Assembly (NCBI GenBank): GCA_051313645.2
Contig: JBNRSN020000015.1
Coordinates: forward strand, 119,660,001 to 119,724,000
Length of the DNA stretch: 64,000 bases
DNA from: Centroscyllium fabricii
Lineage: Eukaryota
Direction of reading: 5' to 3'
The first letter of the stretch is position 1, and every line of letters starts with the position of its first letter. Positions 36,764-48,976 of the stretch are shown here, one piece after another. The notes below the pieces were generated by a model. It saw nothing but the letters and a program-made list of their open reading frames with translations. It searched no databases and was not told where the DNA came from. A program made the position numbers and the translations under genes.

Positions 36764-37429
36764 TAGTAGCAACTGGATTTAATGAATCCCCTTCAAACTG
36801 CATGTACAATACACCTGAGCAAAAAAGTAGTTAGCATAAAGTGAACAGACTACTCATTTCTAATAGTCCCTTTTTCCATTAGTTTGTTTCTGCCATCTCT
36901 TTGAATGTTGCGATGATCCCTGAGGCCCAAAGCTTTGTGCCTTGTAATGCAATGCCTGACCAGTGTAAATGTTTGTGACAAAGCTTCCTCCGCCATTTAA
37001 CGGAAAATCATTCCCCTATCAATCAGTGCACAAATTTGGCCAATGGAAATGTTTCCTGCCTGCTCAGATTCTCCTTTGAATAAGTACAGTGCCTGACAAA
37101 ATGACTTCAAATTCAATCGAAAGCTAATTCCAATGCTTTCGTGACCTCAGTGATGTTGTGCGAGTGTCTGGAAAGGATCAATGAGATTTACAAGTACAGG
37201 TGTCAAGATCGTTCTAGATGACAGCAAAGTGTATTTACATCTTTCTGCTTCTAAACACATCATTGATGTAGCTGAATGATTAAGGTGTAATTAAAAACCC
37301 GACACAGCATTAGAGGAGTAGAATGGTGGATCAAATTTGATATTCCATTGAGAGAAGGGAGTGCGCAGGGTTACAACAGGCGTGGATCATTTTGTGCCTG
37401 TGTTAGATATTAGCTTTTGTCCTGTGGTA

Positions 37430-37735
37430 GAGGTCCGGCACTGTTAATCCGGACACCGGTAATCCGGAAACTTCAGTCGTCCGGAACGAATCCGGCCGAC
37501 TGGTCTGCGCATGCGCAAAATGGCCACCGTGCTTGGCTGCGCATGCGCGGGCCTCCCCGAACGATTGATGCTTCGGCGAGCGCATGCGCAGGCCATTCAA
37601 AATGGCTGCCGGCCTTCGTGGTGACCATTTTGAATGGTCTGCGTACGCGCTCGCCGAAGCTTCAATCGTTCGGGATTTTCACTATTCCGGCACCGGCCTA
37701 GTCCTGCCGGTTCCGGATTAACAGCGTCAGACCTG
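37430..37735. mobile_element. TA-flanked MITE, short member
   Basis: TA|GAGGTCCGGCACTGTTAATCCGG ... CCGGATTAACAGCGTCAGACCTG|TA. Confidence 0.82.
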
Positions 37736-37869
37736 TACTTGTCACTCTCATAACTGGTCCTTACATCTTACATTCAGGAATATGTCGTTGCTCTCCAATA
37801 TCTAATCATGTAATAGCTTAACTCGGGGGCGTATCAATAGGACCTCTTATGATCTGAATTGGATATCAT

Positions 37870-38025
37870 GGGGTAGATCTTGACTTTGCGCGATAGTGTG
37901 GAATGGGTGGTAGTGAATCGGCAGCCTGTTTTACATCTCTCCATTAACTTCAATGCAATTAAAAATCAGGAGAGCTGTAAAACGGACTGCCTTTTACAAT
38001 ATTGTGCAAGGTCAGAAGCTACCCC
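37870..38025. mobile_element. short palindromic MITE
   Basis: GGGGTAGATCTTGACTTTGCGCGATA / TATTGTGCAAGGTCAGAAGCTACCCC inverted ends. A related hairpin lies at ~24636-24755. Confidence 0.55.
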
Positions 38026-38398
38026 CATGTGTTTTGCATGAGTCCTCACGTGCACTCTTGCAACCTTTCGGTAGGTTGACTGAAAAAAACCGAGATGAGG
38101 CCCGGTAGGAATCATGAAGCTGCTTTATTTTATAGACCGCAAGTGAACGGGAAAATTGTCAGTTATAATAAAAACACATATACTTCACTTCATTTCAAAT
38201 CTCTCCCCATGAATAAGAAAAGAAACAATAAACCATGGGCTGGATTTTGCCAATGGGGCACTTTTGGAGGCGGGACTCCCACTTGTCGGGTTTTAGTCCC
38301 GCCTCCATCGACTTCTGGCCAATCCACGCTATTTTCCCTTGATTGACCTTGTTGAGCCTGCCCAGCGGGCTTAACAGGCCAATTAAGTGGAAGCCAGT

Positions 38399-41300
38399 TG
38401 TGGTAACCGTTATATGTACTCTTTTACCACCTTAATATTTTTGCCCAATATTATCCTGTATGTATAGCGGCCGGGTGCATGATACACTGCTTTGTATTGC
38501 GACACTATCGCGGGGTCAGGTCAGCCACACCTCTAACTCCTCCCCTCAGGTGAGTGCCTTATAGGTGGGGTCCGACCTGCCCCCATCCATTCTGTACCTG
38601 ATGTTCGATCGGAGCGTAGCTCCTTTGTAAGCTAATAAAAGCCTTTAGTTGAGGTAACTACGAGTCTTTGATTTTATTAGACTATTGACGATACGTCAAT
38701 TTTATTAGCTTAAAAATTTTAAATGGAGAGCGGCGCTGTGAAACCCGAAAAGCTGGACATTAGTCCACAGGACCCAGCCGCCGCCAACACCTTTGAACAC
38801 TGGTTCAGTCTCGTCGAGGCCTACATGGAGGCCGCCAAGGCAACAACCAACGGGAACAAGCTGCATGTTCTCATTTCCAGGATCTCCAGCCGGGTATACT
38901 CCTTCATCCGCGATGCTAAGACGTACCCTGAAGCCATGGAAAAACTGAGGAAATGCGACGCGCGCCCGGTCCACTCAGTCTACGCCAGACATGTGCTCGT
39001 GACCAGACCACAACTAGTGGGTGAGTCCAATGAACAATACCTGTTGGCGCTCCAAGCCCTTGTCCGGGCCTGTGACTGAAAACCACGGACGGCACAAGAG
39101 GAGGCGAATCTCCTCGTCCGGGACACTTATGTAATGGGGATCAGGTCCGCAGAGGCCCGCCAGCGGCTCCTGGAAAAGGACACACTAACGCTGGACGAGG
39201 CGATCTCCTTCTCCAACGCTGTGGATGGCGCACGCCGCAGACTACAGGCATACGGCGGCCAAAACCCACACGCTACCTTCGACTCCTGGGCGGCCCCACA
39301 ACTGGTCGAGACCCCCACAACGGCAGCGGCAGCTGCGAAGATGCCGGCGGAGAAGAAATGCTACTTCTGCGGCCATGGGCTACAGCCAAGAGCGAAATGC
39401 CCTGCAAGGACCGCGACCTGCGAGAAGTGCTTGAAAAAGGGACACTACGGCAAGGCCTGCAAATCGGCCCCGGCGTCCAGCTCCAGGTACAACAGCGCGG
39501 CCTACGAAAGCTCCAACACCGGCCCTTGGCCTCAGGTAAGCTGCAGCTGCAGTGCGACCCAGCGACGGTCCGGGGGTAGGGTACAAGCGCCCCCATCTCC
39601 CATCCTGATGCGGCAGAGGCCGGCCGCGCCCACGGCACGCCAAACTCGGCCCCGAACAGCCATGTGCGATCCCCCAACGCTGGCATCTCGCCCAGCGCGG
39701 CCCGCTGCGTGCAAATCATGGGCACCGCCAACCCAGCCACAGCGGCCCGCTGCGTGCGAACCACGGGCACCGCCACCGCGTCCACAGCGGCCCGCCATGT
39801 GTGAATCACGGGTGCTGCCATCTTGTCTTCAGCAGCCAGCCATGTGCGACCCCTCGGCGCCGCCATCTTGTCCACAGCGGCAGACCATGTGCGAATCACG
39901 GGCGCCACCATCTTGTGCACGGCCCCGGCCAGCGGAGGGCTCCCACACAAACACATACACTTCGGCCTCAGCCACGGTCGACCAGGCTAGGCCGCACACC
40001 CTATCAAATTCCATGATGGGGATTAACGTCAACGGCCATGCCACTAACTGCCTGTTCGACACCGGAAGCACAGAGAGCTTCATCCACCCCGATACAGCGC
40101 AGCGCTACGAACTGCAGATCCTGCCCACGCGCGACCAAGTCTCCCTTGCTTCACAGTCCCACACAGCGGACGTCACCGGCTACTGCTCCGTCATGCTCAC
40201 AGTTAGGGACTGCGTGTACCGTAAATTCAAATTGTACATACTCAAGCAGTTGTGCGCCCCAGTCTTACTCGGACTGGATTTCCAGTGCCACCTTAAGAGC
40301 TTGACAATGGGGTTCGGCGGGACCCTGGCCCCCCTCACAGTCAGTAGCCGGGACAATCCCTTCCTAAAGCGGAGCCCGACTTGCGGCCTCTACACCCTGA
40401 AAGTCGACCCCCCCTTGCTGTTCGCCAACCTCGACCCCAACTGCAAGCCCATTGCTACTAAGAGTCGGCGTTACAGTGCAGGGGATCGGACATTTATCAG
40501 ATCGGAGGTCGGGCGTATGCTGAAGGAGGGGATAATTGAAGCCAGCACAAGCCCCTGGCGGGCCCAGGTCGTAGTGGTTAAGACTGGCGAGAAACAGCGG
40601 ATGGTGATCGATTACAGCCAGACCATTAGCCGCTACACCGGGCTCGACGCCTCCCCGCATCTCGGAAATGGTTAACCAGATCGCCCAGTACAAGGTGTTC
40701 TCGACAATCGACCTTAAGTCGGCGTATCACCAACTCCCGATCCGGAAAGCCGACCGCCCGTGCACTGCTTTCGAGGCGAACGGTCGGCTCTACCACTTCC
40801 TTCGGGTCCCCTTTGGCGTGACCAACGGAGTGTCGGTATTCCAGAGGGAGGTGGAGCGCATGGTTGACCAGAACGGGTTACAGGCCACTTTCCCCTACCT
40901 GGACAACGTGACCATCTGCGGCCATGACCAGCAGGACCACGATGCCAACCTGGCCAAATTTCTCCACACGGCGAAAAGGCTTGATCTCATGTACAATAAA
41001 GATAAGTGCGTCTTTAGTACAGATCGGCTCGCCATCCTCGGATACGTGGTGGAAAACGGGGTCCTCGGCCCCGACCCACTGCGTATGCGCCCCTTACAGG
41101 AACTGCCCCTTCCTCACAACCCCAAAGCCCTGAAGAGATGTCTGGGATTTTTCTCTTATTACGCGCAATGGGTTCCCCAGTTCGCGGATAAGGCCAGACT
41201 GCTCCTCAAGGCTGCCGTCTTCCCCCTCTCGGTAGAAGCCCAAACGGCATTCGCCCGGATCAAGGAAGACATTATCAAGGCGACCATGCACGCCGTTGAT

Positions 41301-43278
41301 GAATCCATCCCTTTACAGGTGGAGAGTGACGCTGCGGACTTTGCCCTTGCCACCACCCTGAACCAGGCAGGCAGGCCCATAGCGTTTTTCTCCCGCACCC
41401 TACAGGGACCCGAAATTCGCCACTCGGCAGTGGAAAAGGAGGCCCAGGCCATCGTGGAGGCCGTGCGCTACTGCTGTCATTACCTGGCCGGTAAGCGTTT
41501 TACCCTGCTCACCGACCAACGGTCGGTCGCGTTTATGTTTAATAATAAACAAAAGGGTAAAATCAAGAATGATAAGATCCTGCGGTGGCGGATCGAGCTC
41601 TCGACTTAGGAGTATGACATCCTTTACCGACCAGGCAAACTCAATGAACCCCCGGACGCACTATCCAGGGGAACGTGCGCCAGTGCCCAGCTAGACCGGC
41701 TGAAGGAACTCCATGATCGCCTCTGCCACCCGGGTATCACAAGACTCGCCCACTTTGTTAAATCCCGTAGCCTCCCCTTCTCCATCACGGAGATCAAGGC
41801 TATGACCCGAGAGTGCCCTGTTTGCGCCGAGTGCAAACCCCAATTTTTCAGGCCAGACACGGTGCACCTCATTAAGGCCACCCGCCCCTTTGAACGTCTA
41901 AGTGTGGACTTCAAAGGCCCCCTCCCCTCCACCGAACGCAACTCATACTTCCTCACGGTCGTAGACGAGTTCTCCCGCTTCCCCTTCGCCTTCCCCTGCC
42001 CAGATATGACGAGTGCAATGGTGATCAAACACTTCACCACGCTGTTCGCCATTTTCGGTCTCCCCAGCTACATCCATAGCGACTGGCGGTCGTCGTTCAT
42101 GAGCGACGAACTGCGTCAGTTCCTGCTTCAGAAAGGGGTTGCCTCAAGCAGAACGACCAGTTACAACCCCCGGGGGAATGGCCAGGTAGAAAGGGAGAAC
42201 GGGATCATCTGGAAGGTGGTCAGCCTGGCCCTGAAGTCCAGAGGCCTTCCAGTGTCCCGTTGGCAGGCAGTCCTCCCTGATGAGCTGCACTCGATCCGCT
42301 CTCTGTTGTGTATGGCTACTAACGCCACACCTCACGAATTGCTCTTTTCCTTCCCCAGGAAGTCGACTTCGGGGACAGCCCTTCCACCATGGCTCACGAT
42401 GCCGGGGCCGGTCTTGCTTAGGAAGCATGTTCGCGGCCATAAGACCGACCCCCTGGTAGACAAGGTGCAGCTGCTGCACGTCAACCCGCAGTACGCGTAC
42501 GTGCAGTTCCCGGACGGGCGCGAGGACACCGTCTCCATCAGGGACCTAGCGCCCGCCGGGAGCACCACAGCAGAGCCCCTGGTCGGGCCCCAGCCCGTCC
42601 AGCCACTACATTTCGACCACTGGCCGATACACCACTCACAACCCACTGGAGGCTGGCCGTTACAATCATACACATCGGAGCCCCCGTCATTGCCAGCTGA
42701 GGACCAGGAACCGGACGACGAGTCACAGGCACAGCAGCAACCGCCGGGCTCGGCCCCACCGCCACTACCAGCACCTACAGTATCGACACCAGCGCCGCCG
42801 CCACTACCGGCACCAGCGCCGCCAACACTACCGACACTAGCGCCGCCGACACTGCAGGCACCAGAGCCGCTGACAGAGACCCGGCGGTCCTCCAGACAGA
42901 CGCGACCGCCGGAGAAACTCATCATGAACTGCTCTGTCCAATCACCCCGCCGGACTTAATTTTCAAATAAGGGGTGAATGTGGTAACCGTTATATGTACT
43001 CTTTTACCACCTTAATATTGTTGCCCAATATTATCCTGTATGTATAACGGCCGGGTGCATGATACACTGCTTTGTATTGCGACACTGTCGCGGGGTCAGG
43101 TCAGCCACACCTCTAACTCCTCCCCTCAGGTGAGTGCCTTATAGGTGGGGTCTGACCTGCCCCCATCCATTCTGTACCTGATGTTCGATCGGAGCGTAGC
43201 TCCTTTGTAAGCTAATAAAAGCCTTTAGTTGAGGTAACTACGCGTCTTTGGTTTTATTAGACGATTGACGATACGTCA
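38399..43278 (+). mobile_element. full-length Ty3/Gypsy (Mag-like) LTR retrotransposon, decayed
   Basis: 300-bp LTRs at 38399-38698 and 42979-43278 (about 7 differences by eye), TSD CCAGT, PPT before 42979, gag-PR-RT-RH-IN. Confidence 0.95.
38723..42959 (+). pseudogene. gag-pol: gag-pol polyprotein with nonsense (39077, 41607) and frameshift (~40655) lesions
   Basis: Double knuckle CYFCG...CPA...CEKCLKKGHYGKAC, LFDTGS, YLDN, ESDA, HDRLCH...CPVC, VDFKGP, NGQVER. Confidence 0.9.
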
Positions 43279-44218
43279 CCAGTTACAGAGAATGTCAGCG
43301 TATGATGTTTCATCTGTCAAAAGATGAATGATCATCGTTTGACAGCTCTGTGAAGCTGTCAATCAATGACATTCTCTGTTGTTTGAGGAGTCCTTGTATT
43401 CAAGACTCTTCAAACCTCTTTTGTTTGCAGAAATTAGATGGTTGTTGCATTGGAGAATGCAGCAGTCTGTCATCTGTCATCTCTGCCGGTGAGATGCGAG
43501 ACTCTCCACAGCCCCAATGTTTGAAGCCTGCAGGAAGAAAACAAAGGTAAGTAAACATTTTTTAGCACATTCCACTCACCTCACATACTCACCTCTCTAC
43601 ACTTGCACCCATTACTGACCTTCACAGTACACTTTTGCGCCCCTCCGACCCCCCAAGACCCACTGCTAACCTCACTGTACCTGGCGGGGTTCACAGCCTT
43701 TGGGAAGCCTGCACTTGTGTGGGCAAAATGGGAATAATCCTCAGTTAACAGTAGTTAACAGGCAGTTAAGTGGCTGTAATCCCCTTGCCGCCTCCAAGGA
43801 GACGGGACCCGGCGCGGGTCGGCTACCTGCCTCCTGGCCATTTTCCCGGCAGCCCCGCCTCCATACCTGCCTCCCCAGGGCTAGCAAGGTCGCGCCCCAT
43901 GTCACACTATCCCACATTAGTGGGCTAACTTAACTTTCCTGGTTTAGATTACTGGTTCTGACCAACCATGAGCCTAAGATGAGCGAGTTTAACCACTCCT
44001 AGTTTGGGCTTCCTTCCTAGATCTAGCTGCACTGGCTGGCTTTATGTGTCTCTGTGTCCTTTGTCTCCCTGTGTTCACAAGAAGTGAAAGAGCTGCCTTT
44101 CTGACTTCTTGCGTGTTGAGAGATTTACCAGTAGGCCTGTCCACCAAAATGGCTGCCTCTGTGCCGAGTATATTCTCAGTGGCACGGTGGCGCAGTGGTT
44201 AGCATTGCTGCCTCGCAA

Positions 44219-44570
44219 TCAGGGGTTGGATCGGGTGGACGCGGGGAGGATGTTCCCAATGATGGGTGAAACTAGAACTAGGGGGCATAATCTTAGAATA
44301 AGGGGCTGCTCTTTCAAAACTGAGATGAGGAGAATCTACTTCACTCAGAGGATAGTAGGTCCATGGAACATGCTGCCCCAAAAAGCTGTAGAAGCTACAT
44401 CATTACATAAATTTAAAACAGAAATAGACAGTTTTCTAGAAGGAAAAGGGATTAAGGGTTATGGGGAGCGGGCAGGAATTTGGACATGAGTCTAGGTTCA
44501 GATCGGTCATGGCCCTGTGGATAGTGGAGCGGGCCCAGGGACCGTGTAGCCTGATCCTGCTCCTATTTCA
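44219..44570 (+). mobile_element. CR1 3' end fragment, within or adjacent to a V-SINE (44179-44218, 44730-44880)
   Basis: GLDRVDAGRMFPM...FTQRIVGPWNMLP peptide; SINE head and V-domain pieces on either side. Confidence 0.75.
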
Positions 44571-45317
44571 TGTGTCTAATTCTGTTAGATTCAGGAGATG
44601 GTTCTGTGATAGTAGATTGGTGGTTAGGATCAGATCAGCCATGATCTTATTGAATGGCAGAGCAAGCTCGAGGGGCCGATTGGCCTACTCCTGCTCCTAT
44701 TTCTTATGTTCTTATGTTCTTATGTAAGGAGTTCCTGGGTTCGAACCCTGCATGGAGTTTACATGTTCTGTTCGTGTGGATTTCCTCCGGGTACTCCGGT
44801 TTCCTCCGACCACCCAAAGACATGCAGGTTAGGTGAATTGGAGATACTAAAATTGCCCATGAGTATGTGTGTGTGAATGGATGGATGGAAGACCTCAACG
44901 GCGGAACAGGCGAAGGATGATGGCTGGTCATAAAAAGCGAAGCATCACAACGGCTGTGAAGTCGAAGGAAGGCTGCAGCAGAGGGGAGTCCCCAGTTGTC
45001 GTGGACGCCATGCCACTGGACTCGGACCTCTCTCTGTCAAGAACCGTGTGGTGACTGTCTGTGCACCAGTCACCCCACGTTAAAAGATGTCACGCACAGG
45101 CGTCCTCCAACAGGGGAACCCTCTACGAAGACCCCATGGAGGACAATCTTACTCGACTCGAGTGATTGCCAATAATGAAATTATCAGCAGCTAACCTCTT
45201 GCTGGGTACCCATGGTTACTCAAGTGGATGGCCTACTGGTAGTCTGAAGTTAGGTAATGAATTACTTACTGTCCCCAGTCATTGTGGAAAACAATAAAGA
45301 TAGTTGGCTTATTAACA

Positions 45318-45809
45318 GGGGGGAGGCGGTGGCATAGTGGTTATGTCACTAGACTGGGAAGCCAGAGACTTAGTCAAATGCTCTGAGGGTATGGGTTCAA
45401 ATCCCACCACAGCAGCTGGTGGAATTTAAATTCAATTCAATTTAATTCTGGAATTAAATGTTCGTCTTAGTAATGGCAACCATGATACCATTGTCGATTG
45501 TTGCAAAAACCCATCTGGTTCACTAATGTCCTTTAGGGAAGGAAATCTGCCGTCCTTACCTGGTCTGGCCTACATGTGACTCCAGACCCACAGCAATGTG
45601 GTTGACTCTTAATGCCCTCTGAAATGGCCTAGCAAGCCACTCAGTTGTAAACAACCGCTACGCAACATTGTGGGTGTACCTACACCATATGGACTGCAGC
45701 GGGTCAAGAAGGCGGCTCACCACCATCTTCTCAAGGGCAATTAGGGATGGGCACTAAATGCAGGCCTGGCCAGCCAGCGACGTCCACATCCCATCAACGA
45801 ATAAAAAAA
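45318..45809 (+). mobile_element. tRNA-headed SINE whose 3' tail matches the LINE at 12172
   Basis: GGTGGCATAGTGG...GGTTCAAATCC head. 45664-45809 matches the reverse complement of ~12172-12317. Confidence 0.75.
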
Positions 45810-46073
45810 CACACCAATCCCCTCTTTGTTTCAGTAGCTGCAGCACACGGTTATAAGGAGAACTCTAAACCTATTTTAATTTAAAACACACCAATTTAAT
45901 GTAACCCATTGCCAAATCCTTGCTGGGAAAAAGATGGTCAAAGCAACCGCAGAATGTTACAGTGCAGTTGGTGGTGCGAATGCACAGGATCACAAGGAGG
46001 CAAACTGATTTCTGACGGTGGTGCACTGAGAGCTTCCCAATATAGAAATGTTTTGTGGAAGCTGGCTTTGTAC

Positions 46074-46318
46074 CTGTAATTGGTGAAGCAAGTGCGTGAA
46101 TATTGGAATTGCAGGATGAATGCTGAAGGGCTTTGAGTAACTGGTTGGTGTTGCCAGCACAACAGAATGCGTTGGGCCTGCGACTGGTTCTGACATTTAT
46201 CAGTCTGCAGTTGGCAAGAACGTAAGCGGAAGAGTCGGAGGAGGAGGAGTAGGATGAAGATGAAGATTGCCTATCTCTGCCGCTGCCATCAACAACACTT
46301 GCAAGGGAATACAGCTGC
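46074..46318 (-). other. candidate host exon (245 nt)
   Basis: CATTTCTTCAAG acceptor, CAG|GTACAA donor, stop-free Ser-rich frame (QLYSLASVVDGSGRDRQSSSSS...), phase-compatible with 28227-28323. Confidence 0.22.
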
Positions 46319-46597
46319 CTTGAAGAAATGTGCCAATTTGTGGAAAGAAAAGATAGTGTGGATCTTTCAACGTTCTATGAATCGAACAATTACATCCACT
46401 AACCGTTAAGCTGCATTGAAACCAAGATAACAGACTCTATTGATAAAATTACCTCTAGCCAGGCACCAGTACGGGCGTAGAATGAGGTTTTGCTGCTTTT
46501 ACAGCATTGGACCTATTTTGAAATGCTCAAACTATTTTGCAGTGTTAAAATACAGAAACCGTGATAAAAGAGTAGCAATGAAGTTGATTCTAATTAA

Positions 46598-46965
46598 GAA
46601 AGACTTGCATTTATAGAGCGCCTTTCATGACCACCGGACGTCTCAAAGCACTTTACAGACAATGAAGTACTTTTGGAGTGTAGTAACTGTTGTAATGTAG
46701 GATACACGGCAGCCAATTTGTGCACAGCAAGATCCCACAAACAGCAATGTGATAATGATCAGATAATCTGTTTTTTGTTATGTTGATTGGGGGATAAATA
46801 TTGGCCCAGGACACCAGGGATAATCCCCCTGCTCTTCTTCAAAATAGTGCCGCGGGATCTTTTACATCCACCCGAGAGAGCAGACGGGGCCACGGTTTAA
46901 CGTCTCAACCGAAAGACGGCACCTCCGACAGCGCAGCACTCCCTCAGCACTGTACCGGAGTGCTT
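46598..46965 (-). mobile_element. Deu-domain SINE
   Basis: GACTTGCATTTATA...CACAAACAGCAATGTGATAATG...GGTTTAACGTCTCA...GACGGCACCTCCGACAG. Confidence 0.8.
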
Positions 46966-47474
46966 GGAGATAGTTCTCTGACTTTATTTACAGTTCTCAA
47001 TCTTATCAAAATGAGTTTTTTTAATCAAACCTCATGTGCAGCATTTTTCATGTTAATACAACATTTATAAAACTAATAAAACAATGCAAGAATGCATTGA
47101 ATGGGCTGAATAAGGTCACATGTATTGGTTGGTACAATGTAAGACCAGATTTGTTACTGGTTACAATAAACTTGCAGACCTGTGGTGCTGAAGTGTAAAT
47201 AATATATTTGATTTAGGTCTAAGAAAAATGTAGCAATAATAGCCTATTGTTTATAGATGCATTCCATGTTTTAACTCTTTGAGGTTATGGTATTTCAGCA
47301 CCATTTAAGCTACTCTGAATAAAGAAGCTTCATTAAGCGTTAGTATTAATATATTAGTGTTTTCACGAGGCCTGCAGTCTCTATTTTGGGGAATTATAAC
47401 ATTTATTTTCTATGTCCTTTTTGAACTGGAAGAACCTTCAGACGTGCAATCATAGATTTTGCCATTCCATACTT

Positions 47475-47920
47475 GGGAACATTAGGAACAGGAGTATACT
47501 ATTCAGCCCCTCGAGCCTGCTCAACTATTCAATTAGATCACGGCTGATCTATAACTCAACTACATTTTTCCGCCTTTGCTCCATTTCCCTCGATACCCTT
47601 GCCTAACAAAAATCTATCTCTCTCAGTCTTGAAAGCTCCAATTGCCCCAACATCCACAGCCTTTTGGGAGAGATTTCTATTACCCTTTGTGTGAAAAAGT
47701 GTTTCCTGATTTTGTTCCTGAGTGACCAAGCTCTAATTTAAGATGATGCCTGCTTGTTCTTCATTTCCCCCCAACAGAGAAAATAGTTTCTCGGTATCTA
47801 CCCTAACAAATCCTTTTAATTTTGATCAGATCACTCTTCAATCTTCTATACTCCAGGGAATACAAGTCAAGTTTATGCAACTTGTCCTCATAATTAAACC
47901 CTCTAAGCCCTGGTATCATT
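47475..47920 (-). mobile_element. old CR1 3' fragment
   Basis: CR1 3' UTR motif (TTCAGCCCCTCGAGCCTGCTC...GATCACGGCTGATC) and degenerate ORF2 end. Confidence 0.65.
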
Positions 47921-48032
47921 CTGAAATTATACTTTTTGTTTGCCTAGAACATTGCTGAATATGTCACACTATTAGTTATTACTGATCTGTTGTTGGTAGC
48001 AGTGGGATCAATCTGAGTTGACAGTATGGGTA

Positions 48033-48694
48033 CAGGCTGAGCACCGGTAATCCGGCACCTGATGGTCCGGCACCTTCAGTGGTCCGGCACGAATTGAAAC
48101 CGGCGGTCTTCAGTTTGCGGAGTAGCCGCTCGGCGGCACCACCGTTTCCCGCTGTAAAGCATGTAAATTTATTTTTCATTTGTTTTAAATATTTAATTAA
48201 ATGCCATTTTAATTAATTTTAAACAAGTGATTATTTTTATTTGTTTGATGTATTTTCTGGGGTCTTCCAATTCATACTTACGGGGTTTCCATACATACGG
48301 AATACCGATAAGAATGAACGGGGATTCCCTTCTCTCATTGGTTAGGCCAGCCCACGTGATCCCAGGGACGCTCGCGAACCGCCTGCGCCCTGGGATACAC
48401 GGGCCTCTACCCGCCAGCACCCGGAGAGTCCCAGGACCGCCAATCTCCGGACCTCCCGGACCACCAGGTAGGCGGGCAATTTATTTGTGGATCGGTGGCA
48501 TTTCCCCGCGGGAAGCCTCTGACCACAAATTCAGCCCCGTCAATTATCTCTGCCATTCCCTCACTCTGAAGTACAAGATAGCTCTGCTAATCAGTAAGTT
48601 TTCAATCCATTCTTCAACCTTCAGTGGTTCGGAATTTTCAATGGTCCAGCACCGGCCTGGTCCCGAGGTTGCCGGATTACCAGTTCTCAACCTG
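48033..48694. mobile_element. TA-flanked MITE (second subfamily) containing a foreign internal segment
   Basis: TA|CAGGCTGAGCACCGGTAATCCGG ... CCGGATTACCAGTTCTCAACCTG|TA. Ends match 62186-62715. Confidence 0.78.
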
Positions 48695-48976
48695 TATCTT
48701 ATAATATTGAAGCGTCCTTCATAGAATGTACGATTCCCATTATGCCAAATAAATCCACCGACAACACTGCAATATAACTGTTGGCCTCCATTTGTGACAT
48801 TTGCAATGGGGATAGAGGTTAAATTCCTCCATTTGATAAATTTTAACACAAAAGATTGAATTCAAAACAGGATGTTAACGAAAATTAAGAGAAGGAATTC
48901 AAACTCCCCTCACCATTGGGTGTACGTGCCCAAAAGTCATTCCGATAAAACTGCTGTTTGCAAGATCGTATACGTT

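Larger units (their letters stand above)
38237..43897 (+). mobile_element. Harbinger-like element (38237-38398 + 43284-43897) hosting a Gypsy insertion
   Basis: Starts GGGCTGGATTTT, 3-bp TSD CAT (38234-38236, 43898-43900), colinear with 31570-32399. Confidence 0.7.

Noticed and set aside
42332-42925. Gly-rich antisense ORF or env-like third ORF
   Set aside because: Mirror of the Pro-rich integrase tail repeats; no signal peptide or TM segment, and no room for env before the PPT.
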